A stretch of 64,000 nt of DNA from Eledone cirrhosa (taxonomy: Eukaryota), in the NCBI GenBank assembly GCA_964016885.1, contig OZ024741.1, positions 227,974,001-228,038,000 on the forward strand. Reading direction: 5' to 3'. The notes beneath the pieces were generated by a model. That model ran no database searches. It had not been told where the DNA came from and saw only the letters and a program-made list of their open reading frames with translations. The position numbers and the translations under genes were made by a program. Within the stretch, counting starts at the first letter, position 1; every line of letters begins with the position of its first letter. This document shows, piece by piece, positions 13,095-27,702 of the stretch.

Positions 13095-15490
13095 CACGTT
13101 GCTAGTACTTAAACTGTTAAACTATTATGGGCCGGAAATTATCCCTTGCTCTCGTCTTTCCTCGTCAATGTTACTACGCTCCGACAGAGCTGTTGTCAGT
13201 TGCAGTAGTCACTTTGAGGACATTGGAGGACAAGTCTGGAATATGTACGTAAAACTCGTAGGGCAAACCATCCAAACCGGGAGATTTGTGCCTCGTACAG
13301 CCGCCCAGGGCTTCGCGTATCTCAGCTGCTGTTATTGGCTTTACGCAGGACTCCACAACTCCAGATTTGAGCTAGGCCATCAAGATAGGAATTGTAATCC
13401 ACTACCATCTTCGATTCCCTGCTCGCCCCAAACAATCATGCAAAGTGATGCTGTAAAGCAGCACACATCTGCTTGGAATCGAGCAGCACGTGTTCATCTC
13501 AGTCCGTCACAGACCGAATCGAGATTGTTAACATTCTTCGCCTCTTCTACTCGTGCCCATCGAACAGCTTTCATTCCTTTGTCTCTTAGAGGACATGCCT
13601 TAGTTCTGTCAATGCAATATTCATGTTTTCGAAAAAGTCCAGTACCATTCTCGCACCTAGCACGTCAGTTGCAATGCCACTCCTAATCACCTCTTCTAAA
13701 TTAGTTACTAACTCACACTTCTTTCTATCTTTTCCAATGGCTACTTCTTTACTAAATGCTATTGATTCTACTGTGCTCGCTCCTTTGAGTGCGCACCACA
13801 ACTTGTTGTTGACGACTGTCCCTGTCAAAAGGTGCTAAACAAATGTACTAATCCAGTCGCTGTAGGCTAAACGCGTCGTGAACCATGCGTTAAGCTTCCA
13901 GTAACAGTTCCTGTTTACGAATTACATCTCGAATTACATCAGGAATTTGAGATCTGAATAGGCGATCGTTTGAAATTGTGGACACAATATGATATCCCTA
14001 TCTACTAGCCTAATAAAAAAAAACCTATCTAAATACGATCTAGATGATCATATGCGATTGGTCCAAGTCCACACTGGCGCATTCGAGAAATCTAGTTAGT
14101 ACCTGTCAGACAGTTCGAGCTGCCTGATCAGGTTCTTGAGACTTTTGCACCTCTCACTTTCTATTAGCTACTTCCACACAGTCCAAGAGTGCGTCTAAGA
14201 TGCTGTTCCAGTCCCACGCTAAGAGTAAAGGGTGAGATGTTCCTGGAAAGGCTTCGAGACACCTGAAGAAACCCGACCATCCTGCTCCAGTCGGGGCGCA
14301 GGGGGCCACCGGTCTAAAATCACCACCTTCACTATTGGACTGTCAACTTACCATCCGGGTCCAGAAAGATTGTCCGTACCTCGAGATCCAGGCCTTTCTT
14401 AAACAACACTGACACCCTGATACCCATTCCAGACTGGCTAAGAGATGCCTAGATCTGAAATCCGTCAAAAATAGAGGCTAGAGCGCAAGTATCGGAAATC
14501 CTGGTCTCGCTAACGACAGTCATAACCATAGCTAGTTACCTACGGTCGTTGAGCAAGCGACCTTTCTTCCAGGACAACTCCAGGCTATGTTGATTTATAC
14601 ATCCTACTCTGAGAAATGTCATGGCTGGATAGCGTTAAGAGAAAATAGGGGTCTACTTATCCATCGAGTGCTGTTTGTGATTAGATGATTCAATTTCCAT
14701 ATCTGATCGGGGTTCCTTTGGAAACCCTTTTAAACGCCTATTGGTGGCTTTTATACACGGGGTTCCCACATCGTGGGGGAAGAATTCCCTCCTGCTTTTT
14801 TATGTCTATAGGGACGTATGTTAATAGTAAAGTTTGTGGTACTTTGAATGTACTTGCGCCAAATATATCCCTGTCCGTTTCTATGTCCTCCCTTTGTACT
14901 GCGAAGGACATCAGTTATGCATCTTTCCATCTCAAGAGCACAGTTTGGTATGTGTTTGTGTGTTTTTTATTGTTCCTTAATTTGAGTGACTGTTTTCTGT
15001 TGTTGTTACGTAAGTTTTCTTTTTGTGGCTTGTTGTGTTTGTTGTAGTGACGGGGTTTCTGCTTGTGGTGTTTGTGTTGGAATTTCTGTAGTTGATGATG
15101 TCACTGTTTGGTGTAGGTGTATTTTGTCAATGTTTTAGAATGTGCGATGGTGTGTCTGTGTTGGAATGGTCCAGAATATTTTTTATGCTTCTTTTTTTAT
15201 AGTTTTAGTGGACTTCTGGGATCCCCTCTCCTTCTTCGCTGCGAAAAAAGGAGGCTTCTGTATCTGAACTATTTGACTCATTTCGCGTTGTAGTGTTAAT
15301 GTGTATGCTTGGAAGTGACGGGGGATTAGTTCGATTTACCGGGGACCACAGAGTACTTCTTTGCAATGACCCCGCTTTTGAAGAGTACTGAGATGCTCAC
15401 AAACTGCTTGACCCTTGCAACGTTTTGACTATTTGGCATCAAGATTATGGGGCCATCTATGGCTTTTTGGACTTGATGCCGATACAACTG
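13095..15490 (-). mobile_element. Decayed L1/Tx1-type LINE (ORF1 remnant, APE endonuclease, pre-RT region)
   Basis: Minus-strand ORF2 start MTFLRVGCINQHSL...KKGRLLND at 14622 and ITAAEIREAL...KSPGLDGLPYEFY at 13174-13356; many stops. Confidence 0.75.
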
Positions 15491-15794
15491 AATATTAGTT
15501 TCTTTTCTGTCGTTGCCAACACTGAACACATAAGAACAGGAACATACACGTATTGAACACTGAACATATGTGTTCTGTGTTCACCCGTTTAACACTGAAT
15601 ATTAAACGGGTGAACACAGAACACATTACACATAAACACAGAACATATGAACACATAAACATATGAAAATATGAGCCCCTGAAACTGAGCACTGAACCGA
15701 TGAATGTTGAATGTTGAACATATGAACACTGAACAATGAAACTACTTGAACATTGAACAATGAAGCTACTTGAACACTGAACAATAAATACTGA

Positions 15795-15978
15795 ATAATT
15801 GTTTCTACTTTTGGCACAAGGCCATCAATTACCCAGTGTATTACTGGTACTTTATTTTATCGACACCATAAGGATGAAAGGCAAAGTTAACCTCGGCGGG
15901 ATTTGAACTCAGACCGCAAAGGGACGTAACTATGCTGGAAAGCATGGCGTCCGACCCTCTACCGATACTGCCAATCCT
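15795..15978 (-). mobile_element. OK-like SINE
   Basis: Head, core and tail motifs as at 4558. Confidence 0.85.
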
Positions 15979-16206
15979 TGAATGCATGAATACTGAATAC
16001 GTGAATATTGAAACTCAATATTGATCCCTGAACACATGAGTACTAAGCACCAAACATTAACTGACACCTGTTGTTTGGTTGGGATTGGGATTTTAGTCTG
16101 CCTGTCAGTCACTGTGAGTGTGTATGTGTGTATGTATGTACGTATGTATGTATGTATGTATGTATGTATGTATGTATGTATGTATGTATGTATGTATTAT
16201 GTATTA

Positions 16207-16620
16207 TCCGGGAGAGATGACCCCTTAGCCTTTGTCAAAGCAGAATTCTAGGAGAAGGAAAACTCTGATATAACACCTGCAACTCTGATGGTATCCAATG
16301 ATGTTGACTTGTTCTTCTTTTTGGTAAATATCATCTTGGTTAACAGAGTGGGACTGGCTTTGTGCAGTGCCTTTGCTCACTATAAAAGCTTCACGGCACA
16401 GGCATTGCTTTATATCTGGAGATCTCTCTGCACTTGTCCTCACATGGTGCCATGGGCCTAGCACTATGTGTCAATAATTGTCACAAGTGTAGTGTTTGTG
16501 CCAGAGTTTTCAAGTCGCTGGCTGGACTAAAAGGTCACACTCGTTCAGCGCATCGGTAGGGGTTCTCCTACATGGATATAAAGTAGTGGCCGTACTCGAA
16601 AACGAGTTGGCAGCCACCAT
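16207..16620 (+). mobile_element. Family A RTE-derived element, 5'-truncated, in (TATG)n
   Basis: Matches 3784-4196. Confidence 0.82.
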
Positions 16621-16922
16621 GTATTATGTATGCATGTATGTATCTAAGAGAGGGAAACTCTGAAAAAAAAAACCCTGCGACCTCTGAAGCATCCGATCAT
16701 GTTGACCAGTTCTCCTTTTCGAGTAGTGTTTTCGATGCTCAGAGAGTGGAATTGATCGAATGCAAGGCCTCTCCCCACTTAAAAATCCTTCAAAGTACAG
16801 GCATTGCGTATTCAGGATATGCTACAGGTTCGTGTGGCTAGGCGTAGCCTAAACGTGCACCAAACTCTATAATCAGACAAGCAATGGTACTACTCTTAGC
16901 AGAGTTTGCCGCCATCATGTTC

Positions 16923-16953
<31 letters not shown>

Positions 16954-17399
16954 TGTATGTATGTATGTATGTATGTATGTATGTATGCATGTATGCATGT
17001 ATGTACGTTATTGTTGTTTAGGCCTTAAGTCAGTCATGTTCTAGTAGATGTATAAATAAATGCTTCCAGCCGTTGCCATCCAAATACACTGCGTCTAAAA
17101 CCATACTGTTCAATATGTTTTAAAAACGGTCGAATGTGATTTGAGGGAAATTCGGTTGATTTCTCTAGAACCTACGTAGAGGGGTTTGTGTATGTATATG
17201 TATGCATATGCGTATATATTGACAGCAGCCTGGTAATTGGTGAAAACACACACACATACACATGCATGCACACACACACATACACACACACACACACACT
17301 ATGTGTCATCGACAGACTATCTACTGTTATTGCTACCCATATTAAAACTAACACGTGTAATCAGCTAGCTCTATCTGGTCTGCGAGGTGGGAATCTAAA

Positions 17400-17745
17400 G
17401 CAGCAACAACAGTATCAAATAGAAGTAACAGCAGCAACAGCAACGATATCTGCAGAAACGGCAGTAACAACAACATCAGCAGAAACAGCAGTCACAACAA
17501 CGTCACCAGCAACAATATCAGCAGCAGCAGCAACAACAGCAGCATCAGCATCATGCAATATCATAATAATAACAGCAACAACAACAATAGTAACAAACAA
17601 CAACAGCAGTAACACTAATAACAACAACAATAACGGTAACGGCTACAACAAAAACAAGCAACAGCAATAACAGGAGCAGGTAATAACAGCAGCTACAGCA
17701 GCAGCAGCAGCAACAGCAGTAAAAACAACAGAAACATCACCGACT
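17400..17745. repeat. Degenerate (CAG/CAA)n low-complexity tract
   Basis: Direct reading. Confidence 0.85.
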
Positions 17746-19440
17746 GCGGCAACCTGCTGCAACGAATGCACCACTTGTTACTGGTGCTTCTGACAATATA
17801 CACATTGGTTTCAATTGAAATCAATATGATGCCAGCATTTACATTCGGACTGTTCTTGTTGTTGTTGTTGTATATTTTTCAGTAAAAACAGGTTTCGTTT
17901 GTGTCAGTAGCGGTGATGAGGTTGGTGGGTTCGAATTACACACAGTATTTTTTTAAATATTCATATATAAATGACCGTTATTTCAATCTTTTTTCATGCA
18001 AGAAGGTGGCAGAAAGCTATTCTTACCTAGACAGTAGAATGGTGTTCTAGGATTGTTTTTCTTGATTTATATTCGACATTAGTTTGAATACTGTCAACAA
18101 ATGAGTATTTTACTGGTACTTTATTTTACCGACCCTAGAAGGACGAGAGACAAAGTTACGTCGGTGGATTTTGAACCCACTCAGAACATAAAGGGCCAGA
18201 AACCAATAGTGCTAAATATTTGTTTGACGCTCTAACGATTCTCTCAATCCACCCTCCTGTTTTTATATAAGCAATACAAGCATGTATATAAATAAGGTTA
18301 GTCCCTTCTTCAGTTGTCAGCTGAATTGTCTTTAATGCGTTGAAATGTTTGATCTCCAGCAGACAAATGAAGAAGGGACTGTCCCCCGTTTGTCCTTTTT
18401 TTAAATTTCTAAATACACTTTCGGGAAGCCACATGGTGGATAGGGTATTATGGAATCGCTCCCGTAAGTTTTTGATTTCTTTACATATTTAAAACAATTG
18501 TGATAGAATAATTCTTATTACACATGAAACGTAAGATATCAGTCTTAACTCTCAGGAAGTGGCAACACATCACATTACGGCATAGGGCTCCAATATGTAA
18601 TATTTAATTTAATATTTAATTTTGTACCAGAAATCTTATAGTCAGAAAAGAAAATGGCTAGAAAATAACAGCCAAATAACTTCACCACCAGCACCACCAC
18701 CACCACCACCACCGCCGCCACCATCACCATCACCATCACCACTGCCACAAAAAATCTAGCCAAATACAGACCAGCACCATCCCTATGGCGCTGCTGTCCC
18801 ATCACCACTGCCGCCGCTGCATCGTCGCTGTCGCCACTGTTCCCTCACTGCTTGAGAGGCGGGTGGTGATGCCGCTATGCATGAAGGGAAGCGAGCAAGG
18901 TATCAAAAGATATAAATAGACTGGGTTAGTGACTCGGTCAAACAGCTAACAACAACAACAACACCAAAATAATTATGTTGTTGTATCTCTAAACTCTCTC
19001 AAAATGTTTAGTTTAAACGCTGTCAAATCTAATTGTTTTGAAAAAGACAAATTAAAGGATAGGCGCTACAAAGAAAGCTTTAAGCGATACGCTGACTAAT
19101 TCCAAGGAACTTCAAACATCACTGGTGACAACTCGCTATATTATACCAAAAGAAGAGAAATAAATAAAGAAATATATAGAAATATATATTTTTGTAAATA
19201 AGACAATAGAACCGTGTAGAAATGGAAGCACCAATTGAAACATAAGTTTTAAATCTCCGAAGCTGTTTATGAAAATATTGAAGAAGACAAGAAAACACAC
19301 TTTGATCTTCCGACGTGGAAGAGGCTCCTATCAGAAGAAACCGTCACCGAATCATTATTTTTCTTACCTGTTGTACAAACCTGGCTGGATTGAGAACACT
19401 GCACAAACATTCTAATAGTTCTATAGAGCTATGAAATAAT

Positions 19441-19625
19441 TGTTTCTACTTTTGGCACAAGGCCAGCAATTACCCAGTGCATTACTGGTACTTTATTTTA
19501 TCTACCCCGTAAGGATGAAAGGCAAAGTGAACCTCGGCGGGATTTGAACTCAGACCGTAGAGGGATGTAACTATGCTGGAAAGCATGGCGTCCGACTCTC
19601 TACCGATACTGCCAATCCACCACCC
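19441..19625 (-). mobile_element. Full-length OK-like SINE with 18-bp target-site duplication
   Basis: atagagctatgaaataat occurs at 19423-19440 and 19626-19643. Confidence 0.92.
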
Positions 19626-19849
19626 ATAGAGCTATGAAATAATACATATGAATAAGCCATAGATGACGAACATCATTAAGTAATGTCAGTTTCATGAGGA
19701 GATAAAACGCCTCCATCCTTTTGAAGAAAAAAAAAAAAAAAATGAGTATAAATCCTGGAAAACTGTAAGTCCGGTAATGGAAAAAAAAAAAAAGGAGGAA
19801 AAAAAATCACAAGGGATTGACACTCCAAATTCACTATTTCCCTTTTACT

Positions 19850-20909
19850 TTGCTCCACTTCGTCTTTGACAAACTGCTCAGTTGCTCGCATGTGTGCGTG
19901 CTGAATTCTGAGTCTTTCCGCTGGGAACAACCCCTTGTTCCCCCCACCCCTTTTTTGTGTACATCCATTCACTCATTCATTTACTGCCATTCTACCTTCC
20001 TGTGTCTCCCCGTCCATGCAGCCCCTTTTCGCTCTCGTTTTCTGGCACCTCCATATATATAGGTGAGCTATGCTGCCCTCTTACCAGCACTTTCCCTTTC
20101 AACCACACACACCAGCCACCCACTCCTGATGCCGCTCGGTGCCCCACGCCCCATCCCTACCCCTCCAAATCGACACCTGCAGCACATGCGGCACTACTAA
20201 CAAATGGAAGAGGGGCCGGAACTGTTTGGGGTGCGGCTGCTTCCACCACACCACCTGCGTTGGCTTGACTCGTCGAGCTTCCAATGCCCTCGCAGCGTGG
20301 AGGTGCAGGAGCTGCATCTTCCCCACGTCTTCCCAGCTACCGCCGTCTGGCACACCACCAGATGGGACAGCAAGCTTGCCTGACGCCCGAGCCTCGCTGG
20401 TCAACATCGCTCGGCTCAGGCGGCTCCGGAAGATCCCACTCAGGATCCCGAGAGCGGCACGGGTGCCGGTAGCCGATGCACTCGCTTCCCCGATTGAGAG
20501 CGCCCTGAACTCAAATCGAGCCAGTGACTGGGAGCGGCTGTTCTATTTTTCCCCACTCGCCCTCGGTCTCCCCAGCTCTGGCGCTGACCGGGGCGGCCGG
20601 TCAACAGCAGCCTTCATCAAGGCCAATGTCTCGTCATTTGGGCGAGCGCCCATTCCAAGCGTGCCCAGGGACGCCACACACCCCACCCTCAGGTACCTCC
20701 TATCCTCTACCCCCGAGGCCAGCGCCAAGCGTTTGCGTGACCCGGTAAACGCAAAGCTTATCATGGGTGATGTCTCGGCCGCAGTCAGAGTTGTTTCCTC
20801 AGAGAACACTGTCCTCCAACCCACCGAAAAGATCCTGGCTGCTCTGCGGTTCAAACACCCTGAGCCACCCACTGATCTCAGACCCATACCCCCACTCGAC
20901 CCCAAGTAG
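19850..20909 (+). mobile_element. GC-rich 5' fragment of a CRE-clade-like non-LTR retrotransposon with an N-terminal PHD-like finger
   Basis: CSTC...CLGCGCFHHTTC...WRCRSC, then RIPRAAR..W.RL..F..RGGR..AKL..GD..AAVR..S...L..KHP, resembling the pre-RT region of CRE-type ORFs; ends before the RT. The 5' boundary is approximate. Confidence 0.6.
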
Positions 20910-23147
20910 TAGTAATTGTAATTTGTATCATTCATGTGGCACGGTATTTTTCTTCAGTTTTCTACCTAGTAGAATTGTTCACTCATTTTGTCATTTGAGT
21001 TAGAATTACAGGATGAAGATCTGAACGCAATCTGTATTCTATTTATGGAAAATCTATTTTTCACATAATCTGTATTCAAGTTCAAATCTAGTTAAAGTTA
21101 AGTATTCTAAGTTTGTTTGCTTGGTTATTTTTTTTTGTATTTGTTTGCGTGTTTTTTATTTGTTTTTGTTTGTGTGTGTGTTTGGTCGTTTGTTTTTGTT
21201 TTTTTTCTCCACTATCTGTAGATATACACGTTTTGATGTATTTATATCTCTTCTTTAAAAGAGAAATATAGAGGTACATAAACTTGATACTTCCATTTAC
21301 CAAACTGAACGTGTTCAGCAACAATTAAATGTTCATTCAAACTGATGAAGTGTTGCTTGATAAGCAAAACGTCAATACCGTAGTAGATTATAATCTTAAC
21401 TATAATAAAGAAAGGAGTGCAGGACTGCATCCAGAATATATTTTTTTACCCCGTTTGTAAAATAAGTTGGATTACTTTGAATAAATAATACTTTGAATAA
21501 ATAATGAATGAATATTACATAATTTATCTACTAAATTTCGTGGCTGTTGATTAAATATATTTTTTTATAACTTGTTTAAAGATTCACTTCTTTAAAATTG
21601 TCAAATGTCAACACTTCCGGTTAGCGGCCGTTATATTATAACACTTATAATCGCATATATTTCCGTCGCTGATTTTTTCCTAATGCAGTTTATATATAAT
21701 ATCGTCTTTTTTAAAATGTATCATGGATTAGTGATTACAGAAGACAACGTAACACAGTCTTCGTTCAATTTCTGTGTATATTGTCAATTACGATTTTATT
21801 TACATGCATATATATTTGTGTATAATATCAATATACACACTACACATGCTAGGAGAAAACCACCCTACTAGTTAATCTAATTTAGTCAGTTAATCTAATT
21901 TAGTCTAATTTAGTCAGCCGAAAGAAAACTGTCTGAAAATGTCAATTTCAAGAAAATGTAACAGTCAATCAGTTTGTTTAAGGGAGATACAATAACATAG
22001 GTACCTTAAATAATTAGCATGATGGACGGAATATGCGCTTCCAACTGGTTAACACATTCCTCGCGTTCGCGTAAGATCGATATGTAAAACAGTAGATCAT
22101 TCCGATTGATATATTCTCACGCAGACCTACACAGCTTTGGGTTGTTAGAGACCAGTCTGCCTTTAGTTGTAGCCGCTTGCAGAAGACTGATTTGAAATGC
22201 CAGAAAAAAATCTATCTTGGTCAGTTTTCGTAAACGCTGTTGAAGAAAGCTGTATAATTGCAGTCTTTTAAATGCTATCCTGTTGCTATATAGATTCCAG
22301 ATGCGAGAATGATGAAAATAACGTTAGAGATATGACAGCACTTCCCATTGCTTTCGTGTATTCTCTCTTATATGCCAACGTCAAAATTCTTCTACATTTA
22401 TATCTGAGGGTGCATACATCCCATGAGTGTTCTAAAGTGTAAAAACATAATGCAGAGAGACGTTCCCAGTTATAAGTTTGTCTGACTAAATAACTATTGA
22501 CTGATTTCTGTTATGTATGTATTTATTTATTGTTATGTCTCCATTTTGTACCTAAAGATCGGAGCTACTAAGACAGGAAATTTGTGTTCAGTAGTCCAAC
22601 GTGAACAAAACCAGAGATTTTCAGTTCTCTCTAGTGGACAGCAATGTAAACACTACTATAAATAAGTAGCATATCGAAAAATAAAACCAGACATTTTAAA
22701 CAGTTTGGTGAAAACATCAGAATGTTATTATCTAACCACTCTAACCTCTTCGAAATACGTATAACAGAATTATGTAATAAAACGATGTACAAATAAAACC
22801 ATCTCTCTTATTCATAATATATATATCCAATAACTTCCTTTAGTTATTGACGCACCGGAGCTAGACATCTTGTCTTTAATGCGTAGAAATAACCATAATC
22901 CCCAGAAGACAACTGATGAAGGGGAAACTACCCCCCCCCCCCCCCGTTCGTGCTTTCCTCTTATATATATATATTGGTAAACGGAATAGAAAATGCTGAC
23001 AAATTGTTCACAGTGAAAAATAGTTTAATTAGGATTAAGTGGGAATTAGTAATTGTATTGGTTAGTATTCAGTTTGGGTTTTAAGTTTTACCGGTTGCGC
23101 ATTTCTAATGCTTTTCAAAAATAATTTTGAGATAGAGCGTCCGTGAT

Positions 23148-23249
<102 letters not shown>

Positions 23250-23681
23250 GTATATATATATACATACATGTGTATATATATATTTATATATATGATACAT
23301 GATATATATATGATATGTACAAACATACTTAGGCTTGTAAGTATGTATTTGTGTATATGAGAAAGGTATAAAAATTCAAAAACCGAGAACAAATAACGAA
23401 ACGGACATGAATTATCAATATTCCCTACGTCAGCCGCCTCTGGAACCTAATTCGATTAATAAAACCTTTTATTACAATAAACCTATGATATGTATTATGA
23501 TAAAACAACTGAGTTGCATCAAACCTCGTTCTCCTGTGCATCATATAATCTACAATATATGATAAATCAACAAAATGCTTAATACGTTAAACTAGATATT
23601 GAATCAAATATCCTATTTTGTGTACTGCACAGACTACAAGATAATTCAGATTATTACTATTATTATCGTCACACATACATA

Positions 23682-23755
<74 letters not shown>

Positions 23756-23761
<6 letters not shown>

Positions 23762-24065
23762 TAAGTATTAATAAAATAGATGTTCTTTTGATCAATTACA
23801 TTTTATTATACATATTTCGGATGTACAACAGTACGTCCTCATCAGACAAAATATAATGATACATGACATACCCTGAGATGTTAAATGGTTAAGATTTAAT
23901 CACGGTAGTAAACTACCTTGATTAAATCTTAACCATTTAACATCTCAGGGTATGTCATGTATCATTATATTTTGTCTGATGAGGACGTACTGTTGTACAT
24001 CCGAAATATGTATAATAAAATGTAATTGATCAAAAGAACATCTATTTTATTAATACTTATATTTT
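23756..24065. repeat. 310-bp near-perfect palindrome (family D) adjoining (TA)n
   Basis: Arms mirror about 23910/23911 with one mismatch noticed near the apex; the element continues to ~24165. Confidence 0.95.
23969..24021 (+). ncRNA. Type I hammerhead ribozyme (mirror copy on - strand at 23800-23852)
   Basis: Stem I ATTTTGT/ATAAAAT; core CTGATGA; stem II GGAcGTAC-tgtt-GTACaTCC; GAAA; helix III ATA-TG-TAT; predicted cleavage after AUA at 24014. Confidence 0.72.
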
Positions 24066-24162
24066 AATATTAATAACTCCAGAAAATTATTTTTCCCGTT
24101 GAGTGCTTCCAATCTACTGTAAAACTCATTCTTTGACATAATCATTAAATATTGTTTAACAA

Positions 24163-24232
<70 letters not shown>

Positions 24233-24691
24233 GCACTCGCACACACACACATATATATGTATATATATATATATATGAATATATGTATGTATATATAGAT
24301 ATCTTTATATACATATGTATCTTTATATACATATATATATTTATATATATATATATATCTTTATACAAATGAATATATGAGAGGGATGAACACTGATACA
24401 AGTATACATGTGTTCGAATTGTAAAGGACTAAGTTAGCTAGGTTGAAAAATACTAATTTAAAACAATATGGTTTGCCTGTCTCGATTTAAAGTAATAAAC
24501 CAATAAAAATAACAAACCTATATTGGCAATGGCCGTGATACCCGGACAAATTCTAAATTTGTTTCGCAACAATTATTAAGTGAAGGTCACCATTCCTGTG
24601 CTCTTCTGCGGGTATCCAGGAAATTCGTACCTTTCACTTCAAATTTAATTGTAAAAGACTATTTCGAGTTTATAACTCAATATGATATATC

Positions 24692-24873
<182 letters not shown>

Positions 24874-25396
24874 CATATATATATACACAGATAGACAAAT
24901 CTGGGATTACTTTATCTAATGTGGGGTTAGCGTTTTTACGTTTTTTTTCAGTAAGAAATTAGAGAGCTGTACCTATTATTTCTAGCCAGTCTAGTAACCA
25001 CGTAGTCTCTCCCAAGTAGATTCAAAAATATGTGAATAAATAGATAAATAAATAAATAACTTCTTATGTTGAATTCAAATAAATGGTAAATTAGAATATA
25101 GGAAGATATGTAGAATCTCTTTTAGTCTTTGCACTCTTGACCAAACCTCATGACAAACGTGGGAGAATGGAACAAAGAAAGGTTTAGTTCTGCTAAACAA
25201 AATGGTGGAAACGCCATTCAGCGCCATTGTTTATTTTACAAAGATGGTAACAATACTCCATCAATTCAATGTCATAAAAACCTGCAGCTCTTCAAACAAA
25301 ATCTATTCATCTACATCCGCATACCTATCTATCTATCCAAATGTTATTTATCTGTTTAATCTTCCTCCTTTCTCTCTTTCTCTTTCTCTCTATCCC

Positions 25397-25505
<109 letters not shown>

Positions 25506-25570
25506 ATCTCTCTCTCTTTCTCTTTCCCTCTTCGTATATGTATATATATTTTTTTCCTCTGTATCTCCAA

Positions 25571-25658
<88 letters not shown>

Positions 25659-25881
25659 AAAATTTCTATCCAAACATCTATCTCGTTACCCATTCCAACT
25701 ACTAAACTATCCGTCTATCTATCTTTCCATCTATTTAACTACCTATACGTATGTTTGTTAATATATCGAACTAAAGGCGATGTGCTGCTGAATAAATATA
25801 CATACACGAAAGCATACACGCGTTTAAGTCCGAGCTTTTCTTCTTTGAAGACCAACCTGAAGCACATATGTATGAGTGTGC

Positions 25882-25912
<31 letters not shown>

Positions 25913-26212
25913 TGAGTGTGTGTGTGTGTATGTGTGTGTGTGTGTGTGTCGAGTTTGTGCGTGTAAGTGAGTGTGCATATGTGCATTTGCCATTGGTTCT
26001 TTTATTTTATTCTCAGTTCTTTTCTACTGATCACGACCCAAAGCCGGCATGCTGGTTTCCGTTCACCGTGTGTCCCGCCTTTCTGTAGGCACGGTGAAAT
26101 ATATGTACTTCCTATCCATTTTTTTTTTCTGTATGAGGAACCGGCCACAAGTCTGGGGACTTCCTGTGTAACAGCTACTGGAACAGCCTAGATAAACTAC
26201 TATTGTTGTACC

Positions 26213-26800
26213 GGTGGATTGGCAATATCGGTAGAGCGTCGGACGCCATGCTTTGCAGCATAGAGTTACGGCCCTTTATGATCTGAGTTCAAATCCCGCC
26301 GAGGTTAAAATAAAGCACCAGTAATTCACTGGGATAATTGCTGGCCTTATGCCAAAAGTAGAAACAATTATTGTACTGCCGAGGTTAGCTTTGCCTTACA
26401 TCATTACGAGGTCGATAAAATAAAGCACCAGTAATCCACTGGGTCGACTTAATCGACTTTCTCTTCCCCCAAAATTGCTGGCCTTCTGCCTCAAGTAGAA
26501 ACCATTATTGTAGTATCGTGTATTTTTCTTTCGTTCATTTAAACCAATATATATAAACTTTAAGTGCCGCTGTTGTTGTTTGTTTCATTGTTCTGTCAAC
26601 TGGGTAGATAACATGTTTTAGCTTGTTTTAGAGGGTCGGACGCGATGCTTTGACGTATAGAGCTACGGCCCTTGCCTTTCTGAGTTCAAATCCCGCCGAA
26701 GTTAACTTTGCCTTTCATCCTTACGAGGTCGATAAAATAAAGTACCAGTAATGCACTGGGTAATTTGGTGGCCTTGTGCCAAAAAGTAGAAACAATTATT
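26213..26800 (+). mobile_element. Cluster of three OK-like SINEs or fragments
   Basis: Copies at ~26213-26372, 26378-26510 and 26630-26800. Confidence 0.85.
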
Positions 26801-27032
26801 ATTATTTATCTAGCTATCGCGCTTGTGGGTGCTAGCGCGCCAATCAGTCTACTTATTTATACGCCTGTCCTTACAGACTTATATATATGTGTATATATGT
26901 GCACAACTGCACACGTCTATGTGCAAGTCTGTGAATGTACTTACATAGATAAGTACATGTATTCGTTACACACCTACCCACGCTTACACACATACACACA
27001 CACACGCGCGCGCACACACACACACATATATC

Positions 27033-27064
<32 letters not shown>

Positions 27065-27132
27065 TATATATGTGTGTATGTATGTATATGTATGTATATA
27101 TTTATATATATATATATGTATGTATGTATATG

Positions 27133-27175
<43 letters not shown>

Positions 27176-27234
27176 GTGTGTGTGTGTGTGTGTGTGTATA
27201 CATACATATATACACATATATATATATATACATG

Positions 27235-27594
27235 ATAGCTGCCCCCTCGTTATCGAGTATGGCCATTGCATGATATACCATTATTAATAATTATTAATTA
27301 ATTCTATCGTGCAATGCCTGTGCGTGAAGATATTTTTTAAAGTGAGGAAACTCTGTGCACTGAGCCAATCTCACTCTTTGAGCGACAGCAGTTATAACTC
27401 GAAAAGAAGAAAAGATCAACATCATCGGTAACTACTGAGCGGCAGGTTTATATTGGAGTTATCCCAGTTTCCTGAGTTGCCTTCTCCTAGAAGAATGCCC
27501 TGACAAAAGCTAGGGGTCCTTCACTCATAGTGGTTTAACCGCGCGGTACATGTGTATATACATATTTACACACTTTTGGATGGCCGTTGACTCT
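27235..27594 (-). mobile_element. Family A' element, 5'-truncated
   Basis: Highly similar to 9098-9457. Confidence 0.78.
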
Positions 27595-27666
27595 CATACA
27601 TACATACATACATACATACATACATACATACATACATACATACATACATACATACATACATACATA

Positions 27667-27702
27667 CGGTCAAAAAAATATACTCGAAATTAAGAGAAAG
27701 AG

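Noticed and set aside
17188-17670. Thr/Ala/Asn/Gln-rich ORF
   Set aside because: A trinucleotide low-complexity tract joined to (CA)n.
18905-19420. TATAAAT plus AP-1-like site, a short ORF and a minus-strand caggtaag donor
   Set aside because: The signals point in conflicting directions, there is no ATG|GT exon end and no recognisable peptide.
19560-19625. tRNA gene calls at SINE heads
   Set aside because: A/B boxes are present but continue into the SINE core and tail with TSDs; no full cloverleaf.
21605-22460. Apparently unique region with an ACTTCCGG (ETS-like) motif and short open frames
   Set aside because: A single motif and unrecognised peptides are insufficient for a promoter or gene call.
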